This document shows, one piece after another, positions 49,835 to 60,471 of a DNA stretch of 64,000 nt. This stretch comes from Candidatus Peribacteria bacterium (GTDB lineage: Bacteria; Patescibacteriota; Gracilibacteria; Peribacterales; Peribacteraceae), in NCBI GenBank assembly GCA_016866875.1, contig VGKY01000001.1:56057-120056 (forward strand). Reading direction: 5' to 3'. Every line of letters begins with the position of its first letter. The stretch's first letter is position 1. A program made the position numbers and the translations under genes. A model generated the notes under the pieces. That model ran no database searches. It was not told the origin of the DNA and was given only the letters and a program-made list of their open reading frames with translations.

Positions 49835-50905
49835 CTATCCCACGAGTGTTCGCTTGATCTGCAAAAGGTGCTTGATCATCGGTTTCAATACTATTTCTTG
49901 CTCTGGCGGATACTCAACAACTGCGCCTCCAAACTGCTCTTTGAAGCGGGTGATGCCGGACCAGGATGAAGCTTTGAGCTTTCGGCTTTCAGCTTTCAGT
50001 ATGTTTTCTGCATGAGAAGGGCGTTCAATTCCCAAAAGATCGTACGTATGACAGCCATGGGCTTTGCAGTACTTCATGGCTTCCCATTGTAGAAGATAGG
50101 ATGCCATGAGGCTGCGGTTGGCGTAGTCGGAGGCACCGTAGTAGTAGATCCCCGTGCCGTTCCAGATCGTCCCGAGAAGGCCGGCGATCGGAGAGGGGGT
50201 AGGGTTATTGCTATCCGCTGTGCGTTGTTCGCTGGTCGTTGGACCGTAGGCAAGCAGCAGGAAGGCACCGGGGAGCGATGCCAGGAACTTTTGGTAGCGG
50301 GAGGCGGGAGGGGCGGTGAAGCGGTCTCTACGGGCCGTTTCTTGGGCAAGAGCCGCAAATGCATCGATGTCCGTCGACTGCTTCACGCATACGCCGTGCT
50401 TCTCTGCCACGCGGATGTTGTAGCGTCCTTTTTGCTTCATCTGAGCCAAAATCGCTTCTTCAGACTGTGTGAGATCAATGATGCGGGTGGCGGGGGGCTG
50501 CTCCGCTCGTGGGGAAGCTTTGAGCTTTAAGCTTTGAGCTTTAAGCCCAATGCTTGGCGACAGAAAGAGCGACATGCCGTTGTTTTGAGATGCAATGCAT
50601 TGGATTTCGCCGAGAAATGACTCATGACTTAGAGCTGAAAGCTTAAAGCTTGTCAGCGGGCCGCGAGGGATATCCCACGTGCTCAGTCCAAAGCTTGTTT
50701 TGTCGATGACGACTAAAGCTGAAAGCTGAAAGCTGACGGCTTTTAGCTTCTCATATGTTTCTTCAACATAGATCCGCACTTCTCTCCCGAGTGCCTCTTG
50801 GTAGGTCTTCCACTCCAGCGATTGCCACAGGCTGCCTTCGGGATGGGATTTCACCCAGCGGTCATAGGCGAGGAGCTCAGCGGGGGAGGAGAGAAGCCGC
50901 ACCAT
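49835..50905 (-). CDS. FemAB/MurM-family peptidoglycan bridge peptidyltransferase
   Basis: QSLEW, IPRGP, MKQKGRYNIRVAEK, YYYGAS, LLQWEAM, YDLLGI, GITRFKEQFGG. Confidence 0.92.
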   Translation of the reverse strand: MVRLLSSPAELLAYDRWVKSHPEGSLWQSLEWKTYQEALGREVRIYVEETYEKLKAVSFQLSALVVIDKTSFGLSTWDIPRGPLTSFKLSALSHESFLGEIQCIASQNNGMSLFLSPSIGLKAQSLKLKASPRAEQPPATRIIDLTQSEEAILAQMKQKGRYNIRVAEKHGVCVKQSTDIDAFAALAQETARRDRFTAPPASRYQKFLASLPGAFLLLAYGPTTSEQRTADSNNPTPSPIAGLLGTIWNGTGIYYYGASDYANRSLMASYLLQWEAMKYCKAHGCHTYDLLGIERPSHAENILKAESRKLKASSWSGITRFKEQFGGAVVEYPPEQEIVLKPMIKHLLQIKRTLVG

Positions 50906-50994
50906 GCCAGCTTATAGCGTATAGCTTTCCGCTGTCAGCTTTCCCTAAATATTCTGGAAGTTGAAAGCTGAAACCTGTACCCTAAAATCTCACT

Positions 50995-51621
50995 ATGGCC
51001 TACACCCTCCCCACTCTTTCCTACGCTTACGATGCCCTCGAGCCGCACTTCGATGCGCGCACGATGGAGATCCATCATACGAAGCATCATCAGACGTACA
51101 TCGATAAGGTGAATGCTGCCGTTTCGGGCACAGAGTGGGAGAAACTTCCCGTGGAGACATTGCTTCAGCGCATTGCGGAAGTGCCGGAGGACAAGAGGGC
51201 AGCTGTGCGTAACCACGGAGGAGGGCATGCCAATCACACATTGTTCTGGACGATTCTTTCTCCAGGCGGGGGCGGGAAGCCTTCTGGAGACCTTGCCAAA
51301 GCCATTGATGCATCCTTCGGTTCCTTCGATGCCATGGCAGAACAGTTCAATGCGGCTGCGGCCAATCGCTTTGGATCGGGGTGGGCGTGGCTCTTGAAGG
51401 GAGAAGGGAGCAGGTTAGAGGTAGCAAGTACGGCAAACCAAGATTCGCCACTGATGGGCAAAGCCATTGCTGGGTGCGAAGGCACGCCGATTCTCGGGCT
51501 CGATGTGTGGGAGCATGCGTACTACCTCAAGTACCAAAACAAGCGCCCGGACTACATCAAGGCGTTTTGGAATGTGATTCATTGGAAAGAGGTGGAGAGG
51601 AGGTTTGTAGGAGGGGTGTGA
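50995..51621 (+). CDS. sodA: Superoxide dismutase (Mn/Fe)
   Basis: [30 protein letters not shown]. Confidence 0.93.
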   Translation: MAYTLPTLSYAYDALEPHFDARTMEIHHTKHHQTYIDKVNAAVSGTEWEKLPVETLLQRIAEVPEDKRAAVRNHGGGHANHTLFWTILSPGGGGKPSGDLAKAIDASFGSFDAMAEQFNAAAANRFGSGWAWLLKGEGSRLEVASTANQDSPLMGKAIAGCEGTPILGLDVWEHAYYLKYQNKRPDYIKAFWNVIHWKEVERRFVGGV

Positions 51622-51830
51622 TCGTTTGTTCGTTTCTTCGCTTGCCTGTCTTCCAGGTAGGCAAACAAACCGCTCTTCCGAGTTGACGCAAAGCACATTA
51701 AGCCTACAATTCCTGCGATTGCAGTGGCTTCGATTGCGTTTTGAGTACTGCAGGCCTGTCGTATATCCGTTTCCGGAAAACTGGTTCCCCTAGGGGTGAC
51801 CGTGTCCGGTAGCGATTCTCCCCCATTTTT

Positions 51831-54800
51831 ATGGCCAAGAAAGCCAAGAAGCCTGCTGCACCTGCCCGCCGAAGCCTCGGCGTAGGTGGGAAGAAGTCTG
51901 CCCCTAAAAAGGCGCCATCGAAAAAAGCTTCCACGAAGAAAGCCGCTCCCAAAGCCGCCCCCAAGGCTGCAAAGAAGCCCGTTTCTTCTGCAAAGAGTAA
52001 GCCGGTCGAGAGCAAGAAGAACGTCGCGCAGGCGGGGAAGAGTGTGGCTGCTAAAAAAGTGGTTGCCGGCGGCAAGAAGCCCTCGGATTTCGGTGGCAAG
52101 AGAGGCTACCAGATACACGTCGACGATACGGTGCTACCGCAGGTGATCCCGCACATCGTGCCGATTGCCGGTCGCATGCCTGCTGGATGCAAGCACCTTC
52201 CGGAGCATCTGCAACCCAAGCAAGTGCGCGACGGACGCGTCTACCTCGGTGAGGACGAAGGGATCTCCATGGTGCCATCGCTCATCGAGATGCAGCTGCT
52301 GAGCTACAAGTGGTTTCTCACGGAGGGTGTGAAGGAGCTTCTCGAGGAGATCAGCCCGATCACGGATTTCTCGGGTAAGAAGATGGAGCTACGCATCCTT
52401 GGACATTCCTTTGATTCACCGAAGTACGATCCCGATACCTGCCGCCGCAGAAACCTGAGCTACGAGGCGATCATGAAAGGACACGTGCAGCTCATCAACA
52501 AGGAGACGGGGGAGATCAAAGAGCAGGACGTGTTCCTCGGATCGATTCCGCTCATGACCAACACGGGGACGTTCATCGTCGGAGGCATCGAGCGTATCGT
52601 CGTGCACCAGCTCGTGCGCTCGCCGGGAGTCTTCTTCGCGAAGATGCCGGATTACCCGCGTCACCATGCTGCCAAGATCATCCCCAAGCGCGGAGTGTGG
52701 CTGGAGATCGAGACGGACCGCCGTGGCATCATCTCGTGCAAGATCGACCGCAAGAGGAAGATTCCGATCACGCAGCTTCTCAGAGTTTTCGGCTTCAATA
52801 CCGATCAGAAGATCCTCGATGCCTTCAAGGACGTGACGAAGGAGAAGGATCACATTCTCCAGACTCTGGAGAAGGATCCCGCACGCACGCTGGAGGATGC
52901 GTACCAGAGCATCTACCGTAAGATTCGCCCGGGAGATCTGGCGACCCCCGAGAATGCCAAGCAGCTCGTGGACGGCCTCTTCTTCGACTTCAAGAAGTAC
53001 GACATGGGACATATCGCGCGCTACAAGTTGAATCGCCGCTTCGGATTGAAAACCGAGAGCGATGAAGCGCACCGCGTGTTCCAGGTCTCAGATTTCCTCG
53101 AAATTCTCCGCGAACTCATCCGCCTCAATAACGGTGAGGGCGTTCCTGATGACATCGATCACCTCAGCAACCGCCGCATCCGTTCCGTCGGAGAATTGGT
53201 CCAGAACAAGTACCGTGTGGGTCTCGTGCGCACGGAGCGCATCGTGAAAGACCGTATGACGGTGATGGATCTGGAGACCGTCACTCCCATGCAGCTCATC
53301 AACAGCCGCCCGATCACCGCGGCGATGCGCGAGTTCTTCGCGAGTTCGCAGCTTTCACAGTTCATGGACCAAACGAATCCGCTCTCAGAACTCGATCACA
53401 AGCGCCGTCTCTCTGCGATGGGTCCTGGGGGACTTTCCCGCGAGCGTGCGTCGTTCGACGTCCGTGACGTGCACCCGAGTCACTACGGCCGCATCTGCCC
53501 CATTGCTACCCCTGAAGGTCCGAACATCGGTCTCGTCGTTCACCTTGCCGGTTTTGCCCGCGTGAACGCGTATGGATTCCTCGAGACGCCGTACCACGAG
53601 GTGAAGCACGATGTTCCCCTCGATGCCGATAGGTTAGTTGGACGCATTCTCGACATGACGATTCGCGAAGGGCATTCGATTGTGGCCAAAGAAGGCGAGG
53701 TCGTCGAAACCAAAGGCAAGGCGAACGCCGTCATCAGTCACTTGAAGAAGCAAGGCGCGAAGACTGCCCCTGTACGTCCGTACGTCACGAACAAGACGGA
53801 GTACGTGGATGCCGAGCAGGAGCGCCATCTGACCATTGCCCAGGCCCCGAAGGGACTCACGTCCTTCGGAGAGTTCAGCTCAACGCGCATCTCCGCCCGC
53901 CGACGTGGCGAGCCGGTGCTCGCGCACGTCCGCGATGTCACGCATGTGGACGTCTCCCCGAAGCAGATTCTTTCCATGAGCACGTCGCTCATCCCATTCC
54001 TCGAGCACGACGACAACACCCGCGCGTCCATGGGAACGAACATGCAACGCCAGTCCGTTCCGCTCATCAAACCCAGTTCGCCGCTCGTCGGTACGGGTAT
54101 GGAGGGGCTCGCTGCACGCGCATCCGGACACGCGCATCTTGCCGAGGAGGACGGAGAGGTGGTGTCGGCTGACGCTCAGCAGATTGCCGTGGTGTACAAG
54201 TCTGGCCGCAAGCAAACCTACAAGCTCCATACCTTTGAGCGCTCGAACCAGGGTACGTGCTTCCACATGCGCCCCCGCGTGAAGCGTGGAGACTCCGTGC
54301 ATCGTGGCACCGTGCTCGCTGACGGAGCATCCGTCGAACAGGGTGAGCTCGCGCTCGGCCAAAACCTCCTCGTCGCGTACATTCCGTGGGAGGGCTACAA
54401 CTTCGAGGATGCCGTCATCATTTCGAATCGCGTGGTGGAGGAGGGATATTTTGATTCCATTCATATCGAGTCGTACGTCACCGACGTCCGCGATACGAAG
54501 CTCGGATCGGAGACGGTCACCCGCGATATCCCGAATGTCGGTGAAGCGAAGCTCAAGGACCTCGATCAAGACGGCATCGTCCGCATTGGCGCCACCGTCC
54601 ATGAAGGAGATATCCTCGTTGGTAAGATCACACCGAAAGGGGAGACCGAGCTCACGCCGGAAGAGAGGCTGCTCCAGGCGATCTTCGGTGACAAAGCCAA
54701 AGATGTGAAAGACAGCTCTCTGCGGCTCCCTGGGGGGGCCGGAGGAAAGGTCGTCGAGGTGCAGATCTTCGATCGCAGCGAAGGCGACGAGCTTCCGACG

Positions 54801-55802
54801 GGTGTCATCAAGCAGATCAAAGTCTTCGTGGCGCAGACCAGAAAGATCCAGGTCGGAGACAAGATGGCCGGACGTCACGGAAACAAGGGTGTGGTCGCCC
54901 GCGTCGTTCCCCGCGAAGACATGCCGTTTTTGGAAGATGGAACGCCGGTGGATATCCTCTTAAACCCCCTCGGTGTCACCTCCCGTATGAACATCGGACA
55001 AGTGCTGGAGACACACCTTGGATGGGCCTGCAGCATCCTCGGTCTCAAGATCGCTACGCCGCCGCTGGATGGTATCCATACCGAGCAGATCGACGGGTTC
55101 CTCAAGGCCGCGAAGCTTCCTGATGATGGAAAAGTTCAGCTCTTCGACGGTCGTACCGGCGAGGCGTTTGCCCACAAGTCTACCGTCGGCATGGTGTACA
55201 TGCTCAAGCTTCTCCACCTTGTTGAAGACAAGATCCACGCCCGCTCGGTCGGTCCGTACTCTCTCGTCACGCAGCAGCCGCTCGGAGGCAAGGCCCAGCA
55301 TGGAGGTCAGCGCTTTGGAGAAATGGAAGTGTGGGCTCTCGAGGCGTACGGCGCCGCGCACACGCTGCAGGAAATGCTCACGATCAAGTCCGATGACGTC
55401 ATTGGTCGCTCCAAGGCCTACGAGGCGATCGTCAAAGGCGAGGCGATCCGTAGACCCAGCATCCCGGAGTCGTTCAACGTTCTTGTGAAAGAGCTCCAGG
55501 CACTTGGACTCCGCGTCGATCTCCTGAAGTTCAAGGATGAAGTGGTTCCCGAGGAACGCGTGGTGCTCGATGAGGGCGAAGTGGAGGCTGTAGAGCTCTC
55601 TTCCCGTGTCGAAGCGGAGGAGCAGGCTGAGGAGATTCTCCCCGGCGACGACAAGATCACAGAGATGGCGGCTGCCAGCGATGAAAGTTCCGATGAGATC
55701 ATCGCAGGCATCGAAGAAGGGGCAGAAGTCGAGGCCTCGGGCATCGGTGCCAAGCAGGAGATGGCGGATTCCGCCAGTGAGGAGTCGATGGAGTCGGCGT
55801 AG
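51831..55802 (+). CDS. rpoB: RNA polymerase beta subunit with N-terminal K/A/P-rich and C-terminal acidic extensions
   Basis: QLVRSPG, SQFMDQTNP, TPEGPNIGL, GDKMAGRHGNKG, GQRFGEMEVWALEAYGA. Confidence 0.98.
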   Translation: MAKKAKKPAAPARRSLGVGGKKSAPKKAPSKKASTKKAAPKAAPKAAKKPVSSAKSKPVESKKNVAQAGKSVAAKKVVAGGKKPSDFGGKRGYQIHVDDTVLPQVIPHIVPIAGRMPAGCKHLPEHLQPKQVRDGRVYLGEDEGISMVPSLIEMQLLSYKWFLTEGVKELLEEISPITDFSGKKMELRILGHSFDSPKYDPDTCRRRNLSYEAIMKGHVQLINKETGEIKEQDVFLGSIPLMTNTGTFIVGGIERIVVHQLVRSPGVFFAKMPDYPRHHAAKIIPKRGVWLEIETDRRGIISCKIDRKRKIPITQLLRVFGFNTDQKILDAFKDVTKEKDHILQTLEKDPARTLEDAYQSIYRKIRPGDLATPENAKQLVDGLFFDFKKYDMGHIARYKLNRRFGLKTESDEAHRVFQVSDFLEILRELIRLNNGEGVPDDIDHLSNRRIRSVGELVQNKYRVGLVRTERIVKDRMTVMDLETVTPMQLINSRPITAAMREFFASSQLSQFMDQTNPLSELDHKRRLSAMGPGGLSRERASFDVRDVHPSHYGRICPIATPEGPNIGLVVHLAGFARVNAYGFLETPYHEVKHDVPLDADRLVGRILDMTIREGHSIVAKEGEVVETKGKANAVISHLKKQGAKTAPVRPYVTNKTEYVDAEQERHLTIAQAPKGLTSFGEFSSTRISARRRGEPVLAHVRDVTHVDVSPKQILSMSTSLIPFLEHDDNTRASMGTNMQRQSVPLIKPSSPLVGTGMEGLAARASGHAHLAEEDGEVVSADAQQIAVVYKSGRKQTYKLHTFERSNQGTCFHMRPRVKRGDSVHRGTVLADGASVEQGELALGQNLLVAYIPWEGYNFEDAVIISNRVVEEGYFDSIHIESYVTDVRDTKLGSETVTRDIPNVGEAKLKDLDQDGIVRIGATVHEGDILVGKITPKGETELTPEERLLQAIFGDKAKDVKDSSLRLPGGAGGKVVEVQIFDRSEGDELPTGVIKQIKVFVAQTRKIQVGDKMAGRHGNKGVVARVVPREDMPFLEDGTPVDILLNPLGVTSRMNIGQVLETHLGWACSILGLKIATPPLDGIHTEQIDGFLKAAKLPDDGKVQLFDGRTGEAFAHKSTVGMVYMLKLLHLVEDKIHARSVGPYSLVTQQPLGGKAQHGGQRFGEMEVWALEAYGAAHTLQEMLTIKSDDVIGRSKAYEAIVKGEAIRRPSIPESFNVLVKELQALGLRVDLLKFKDEVVPEERVVLDEGEVEAVELSSRVEAEEQAEEILPGDDKITEMAAASDESSDEIIAGIEEGAEVEASGIGAKQEMADSASEESMESA

Positions 55803-55865
55803 GTTGGTTTGTAGAGAATAGGTTGATTGGGTCCGAAAGGGCCCTTTTGACTGTTTTGGAGAAAT

Positions 55866-55893
55866 TGACAAAATTTGATTATGATATAAAATA
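55866..55893 (+). promoter_or_regulatory. Sigma-70-type promoter
   Basis: TTGACA-16 nt-TAAAAT. Confidence 0.6.
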
Positions 55894-56012
55894 TCATATC
55901 TATTCCGGTCCTTTGCAAAACTTTTTTCCAGTGTACGGAGCAGTGCACTCTAGCGTGCGTTGCTCCGTGTGATGGCGGTATGTTTCTTACTCAAAGAAAA
56001 AGAGGTTCTGCG

Positions 56013-56963
56013 ATGAAAACGGAAAGAGGATTGGGTGGCGTGCTTACCTATGAAAGTACGCTTCAGATCGGCACCGCTCCAAAAGTGGTGGTGGTTCGAT
56101 GCTGGAATGTGCATGAGACGAAAATGCGGGCATTTCTCGAGCGCTGGCACCGGATTCGTGCGGTTTTCCACTTTGAAGTGATCATCCTTGTGATTGATCC
56201 CGACAGAGATGATGGAAGTACGCTACGGTCCCTGCAAGCGTGCGGAGATCCCGGTTATGTCGTCCCGATCTATGTGACGGGGCCTGCCGACGTGAAAAAT
56301 TGGACGCGCATGCTTAATGGAGCTCTCAAGTTCCTGCACATGTCAGGCGTCCGTGATGGCGTCTTCATGATCTCCTCGGTGGAGGCAGATCTCGACTCGT
56401 CGCTCGATGTGTTTGACAACGTCGATTGGCGGGAAACCATCCCTATGGTCGGCATCCGTCACTCAGTGCCCACGGACTGCACGGATGAGGTTCGGGACTA
56501 CCTTGGGTTGCTGCAAAGTGATCCTATGGGTGCTCTCGCACAGCTTCAACAGAACGAAACGGCATTCTTCAGAGCTGCGGAGTTCGCCAGCCCCTCGGAT
56601 TGGGCATGGAAGTCCCTCTTCATTGGGCGCAACACCATGCAGCCCTGGAAAGGAGACATGGCTTTGGCTCTGAAGGGGTTCGACAACGTCTGCAATGGGT
56701 TTGGAGGGCAAGAAGATTTCGCTCTCCGTACCCGCATGCGCCAGAGCGGTCTCACTTCTGATCCCCGAAGAGTCTTCTCTTTCCGGGACAAGCGGGTCGA
56801 GACCGGCCAACCCACGCATTTGGGCGAAAGCCCGATGAAGAAGATTCAGCGGGAAATCAATGCAGCATGTTTGGTTTTGCGATTGTATCATGCGGAACTG
56901 CATGCTTGGGATTGTCACGGAACATTCGTGATTCCACCTGAACGCAGAGATTTCGAATGGTAA
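56013..56963 (+). CDS. Hypothetical protein, possibly a divergent GT-A glycosyltransferase
   Basis: SVEADLD and KGFDNVCNGFGGQEDFALRTRM resemble the GT2/GT7 motif GFDE..GWGGED. Confidence 0.55.
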   Translation: MKTERGLGGVLTYESTLQIGTAPKVVVVRCWNVHETKMRAFLERWHRIRAVFHFEVIILVIDPDRDDGSTLRSLQACGDPGYVVPIYVTGPADVKNWTRMLNGALKFLHMSGVRDGVFMISSVEADLDSSLDVFDNVDWRETIPMVGIRHSVPTDCTDEVRDYLGLLQSDPMGALAQLQQNETAFFRAAEFASPSDWAWKSLFIGRNTMQPWKGDMALALKGFDNVCNGFGGQEDFALRTRMRQSGLTSDPRRVFSFRDKRVETGQPTHLGESPMKKIQREINAACLVLRLYHAELHAWDCHGTFVIPPERRDFEW

Positions 56964-57087
56964 CCACGGATGGACCATACCGCCGCACACGAAGACCCCT
57001 CGACATCGCTGTCGAGGGGTTAACGTATGTGACGAAATACTAAGTTTCCTATACATCCCTTTTTTCCCGGGAATTTCGCACAATGTC

Positions 57088-57117
57088 TTGACGCTCATAA
57101 ATGCGCTTCCGTAGAAT
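57088..57117 (+). promoter_or_regulatory. Likely 23S-5S promoter
   Basis: TTGACG-18 nt-TAGAAT. Confidence 0.55.
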
Positions 57118-57727
57118 ACCTCGGCCTTATGGCACTTTACGCCTACCCGCAAGATTCGTAGACCCGCGCAAGCGGGAGATCCGAGTTCTGCGGGTGTGCG
57201 TAAGCCACCCGCTTTTTTTATCCGCACTACTGTGTGCGGTTGCCCGCCGGCGTGATACCCCGGGGGGGAGCGAGGTTCCTTCGCATCATCGGCTCGATGA
57301 AAAAGATTAAACCGCATTTGCACCATCTTCTGTGCTGGTGAGTAGTCACCAGTGCGAAGATATTTCCTGTCTCAGAAGTTGTGCCCTGAGACAGTAGAGT
57401 TCACACCATTACCGTGGGCATGTTCTGCCTGCGCAGTGGCATGTGGACAGTACGCACTATCAAAAAATGTTACTCATGCGCATCACATGGATGCCTCGAC
57501 TCTGCATTCCGATGAAGGACGTGGCCAGCTGCGATAAGCTTCGGTCAGCCGCTAGGCAGGCGCTACCAGCCGAAGATTTCCGAATGGGGAAACCCCGTGG
57601 GAGTTATGTCTCACGACCCGCGTAAGCGGGAGGTCACTCGGTGAACTGAAACATCTCAGTAACCGGGGAAAAGAAATCAACATAGAGATTCCCCGAGTAG
57701 TGGCGAGCGAAAGGGGAACAGCCCAAA

Positions 57728-57811
57728 CCCAGCACCTTTTTTCCTGCTTCTTGGTAACCATGCATTACTCTTCGGCGTCGGTTACCACAGGCATGAAAAA
57801 TAGGTGCTGGG
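57728..57811 (+). repeat. IVS-like hairpin 1 (CCCAGCACC..GGTGCTGGG), variable region near E. coli 270
   Basis: Terminal inverted repeats; interior shared with the element at 58797. Confidence 0.85.
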
Positions 57812-58093
57812 GGTTGTAGGACTCCATACGCCGATCTTCTTTCTCTAGGCGAACGACCCTGGAACGGGCGGCCATAGAGGGTGAGAGCCCCGTAGACGAA
57901 AGGGAAAGAAGCGGTAGGAGTATCCTGAGTAGGGTCGGACACGTGTAATCCGGCCTGAACCTGGGAGGACCACCTTCCAAGGCTAAACAGATGCAGAGAT
58001 CTATAGCGGATAGTACCGTGAGGGAAAGGTGAAAAGCACCCCGGAAGGGGGATGAAATAGTTTCTGAAATGTGATGCGTACAAAAAGTCGGAG

Positions 58094-58176
58094 CCCAGCA
58101 CCTTTTTGATGTTTACCGGCATACTGCTGTTCATGCTGAATAGTGTTGTGTCGCTAGAGGTCAAAAAGGTGCTGGG
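58094..58176 (+). repeat. IVS-like hairpin 2 in helix 25
   Basis: Between GTCGGAG and TGACGGCGTGCC; same termini. Confidence 0.85.
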
Positions 58177-58681
58177 TGACGGCGTGCCTTTTGCATAATG
58201 AGCCAACGACTGTGTTCTCAGTGGCGAGGCTAAGGCAGTCATTAGCCGGAGCCGGAGCGAAAGCGAGTCCGAATAGGGCGACTTAGTCGCTGGGACACGA
58301 CCCGAAACCGGGTGAGCTACCCATGAGCAGGATGAAGTCCGCCGGAAGGCGGATGGAGGTCCGAACCATAGCGTATCGCAAGACGTTGGGATGACTTGTG
58401 GGTGGGAGTGAAAAGCTTACCGAACCCGGAGATAGCTGGTTTTCCTCGATATGTTTTTAGGAACAGCGTCGTCAGGTACAGCGGGGGGTAGAGATACTGT
58501 TTGGATGCGGGGGTCCTTTGTGACCTACCAAATCCTGACAAACTCCGAATACCCGCCTTATTACTGACGGCAGTGAGACGGTGACAGCAAATTGCCATCG
58601 TCGTGAGGGGAAGAGCCCCGACCATTGGCTAAGGTCCCTAATGAATACTGAGTGGAAAAGGTAGTGCAGGTGCTTCAACAA

Positions 58682-58712
<31 letters not shown>

Positions 58713-58796
58713 TAAAGAAAGCGTAACAGCTCACTGGTCGATGCATCTGTGCGCCGAAAATTTACCGGGGCAAAGTATTCAACCGAAGCCGTGGAT

Positions 58797-58879
58797 CCCA
58801 GCACCTTTTTTCCTGCCTCTTCGTAACCATACATGAATAGTGATCATTGGTTACCGCAGGCACGAAAATAGGTGCTGGG
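58797..58879 (+). repeat. IVS-like hairpin 3 in helix 45
   Basis: Between CCGAAGCCGTGGAT and GTGGTAGAGGA; same termini. Confidence 0.85.
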
Positions 58880-59761
58880 GTGGTAGAGGAACGTTCTCTG
58901 CGCAGCGAAGCCGAGCCGCGAGGTCAGGTGGAGTGCAGAGAAGTGAGACTGTTGGCATGAGTAACTACTAGCCAGGTGAAAAACCTGGCCGCCGAATTCC
59001 CAAGGTTTCCCACGCAACGGTCATCGGCGTGGGGTTAGTCGGTCCTAAGGCCAGGCCGAAAGGCGTAACCGATGGACAGCAGGTCAATATTCCTGCACTT
59101 CCTGTAGATCGACAACGGGTGTCAGCTGATAGCTTTCCCGGCCTCTGATCCTCACCATTCTGGATTTGATAAGGACGAAAAAGACTAAAAAGATGAAGAA
59201 GAGGAAAAGGAAATCCTCTTCGTCCTTTTTGTCCCCTTCGTCTGCAAGTCTAGGATGGTGAGGACCATGTCTGGAGAGAAGGATGCTGTCACTTGAGTAG
59301 CGGTGTGACGGAGCGGGACGTCTCGAGCGTGCGCATTGACTGCACGCGGAAAGCGTAAGGCGTTGAAGCCGGGAGGCAAATCCCCCGGTTGAGCCGAGCG
59401 CTGATCCCGATTACCCCCCTCACGGGGGCTGAGTCGAACACGTTCTGCTTCCAAGAAAACCATCGCTATGAGAGTTATAGGAAACCGTACCGCAATCCAA
59501 CACCGGTGGGATGGTCGAGTAGACCAAGGCGAACGGATCATCTTGCGTTAAGGAACTCGGCAATGAAGCGTCCGTAACTTCGGGATAAGGACTGACGGTG
59601 ACCGCAAGGTCATCGCCTGCAACAAAAGAGCCCGGGCGACTGTTTACCAAAAACACAGGTCCCTGCGAAGTCGCAAGACTATGTATAGGGGCTGATGCCT
59701 GGCCAGTGTCAGAAGGTCACGTGAGGAGCTTTACGGCTCCGATCTAAGCCCTGACGAACGC

Positions 59762-59808
<47 letters not shown>

Positions 59809-60471
59809 GGTCGATAAAAAAACTTGCCCGAATGGTCCGCAAGGATCAGCACTGAGGAATTTCTGTGTTGAAGCTGTCAGCTGTCAGCTTTCAGAAGTTT
59901 TCTGAAAGCTGAAAGCCAGAAGCTGAAAGCTGTAATCGGTCTCACTCTGAGACAGAGTGATATCAATCCGCCTCGGCGGATGATGGGCTCAACGCCCGAA
60001 TAACAAATTAGACGCCATTGCTAGAGATATCCATTATTAATTGTTTAGACCGTGTTCCGCGCCCGCGGAATAACTTAAATCAGTGTTTAACGTCGCTATA
60101 TGCTGGAACATCCCTGTATCTCCTATGCTGCAAGGTACGGAGTGGGGACAATCAGCAGGAAAGATCCGTCTTCGACGGAAATCCTCAGAGACTACACGCG
60201 ACGCCCCGGCTTCGTCCGAAAGGACTACGCCGCGGTGATGATATAGTCCGATCCCTCTAGCGATAGAGGGCGGGTCGAAGACATGACCCGGTCACGCGAG
60301 AGTGTGATAACAAATGCCTGAAGAGCTTGCAGCTATCAGCTGTCAGCTTTCAGAAGGCGTTAGTGCGCTTCGATTGAATCGAAGATCTTGGTTCGCCTCC
60401 AAGAGGAATTGCAGCTCAAGCTGAAAGCCAAAAGCTGAAAGCTACAAGCTGCGTCGCTTCGCGACGCTATG
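59809..60471 (+). ncRNA. Group I intron at 23S position L1951 (E. coli numbering), no ORF
   Basis: Interrupts CTTGTCGGGT|AAGTTCCGACC; terminal G; IGS AACTTGCCCGA; P ATGCTGGAA, Q AATCAGCAGG, R TCAGAGACTACA, S GATATAGTCC. Confidence 0.93.
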
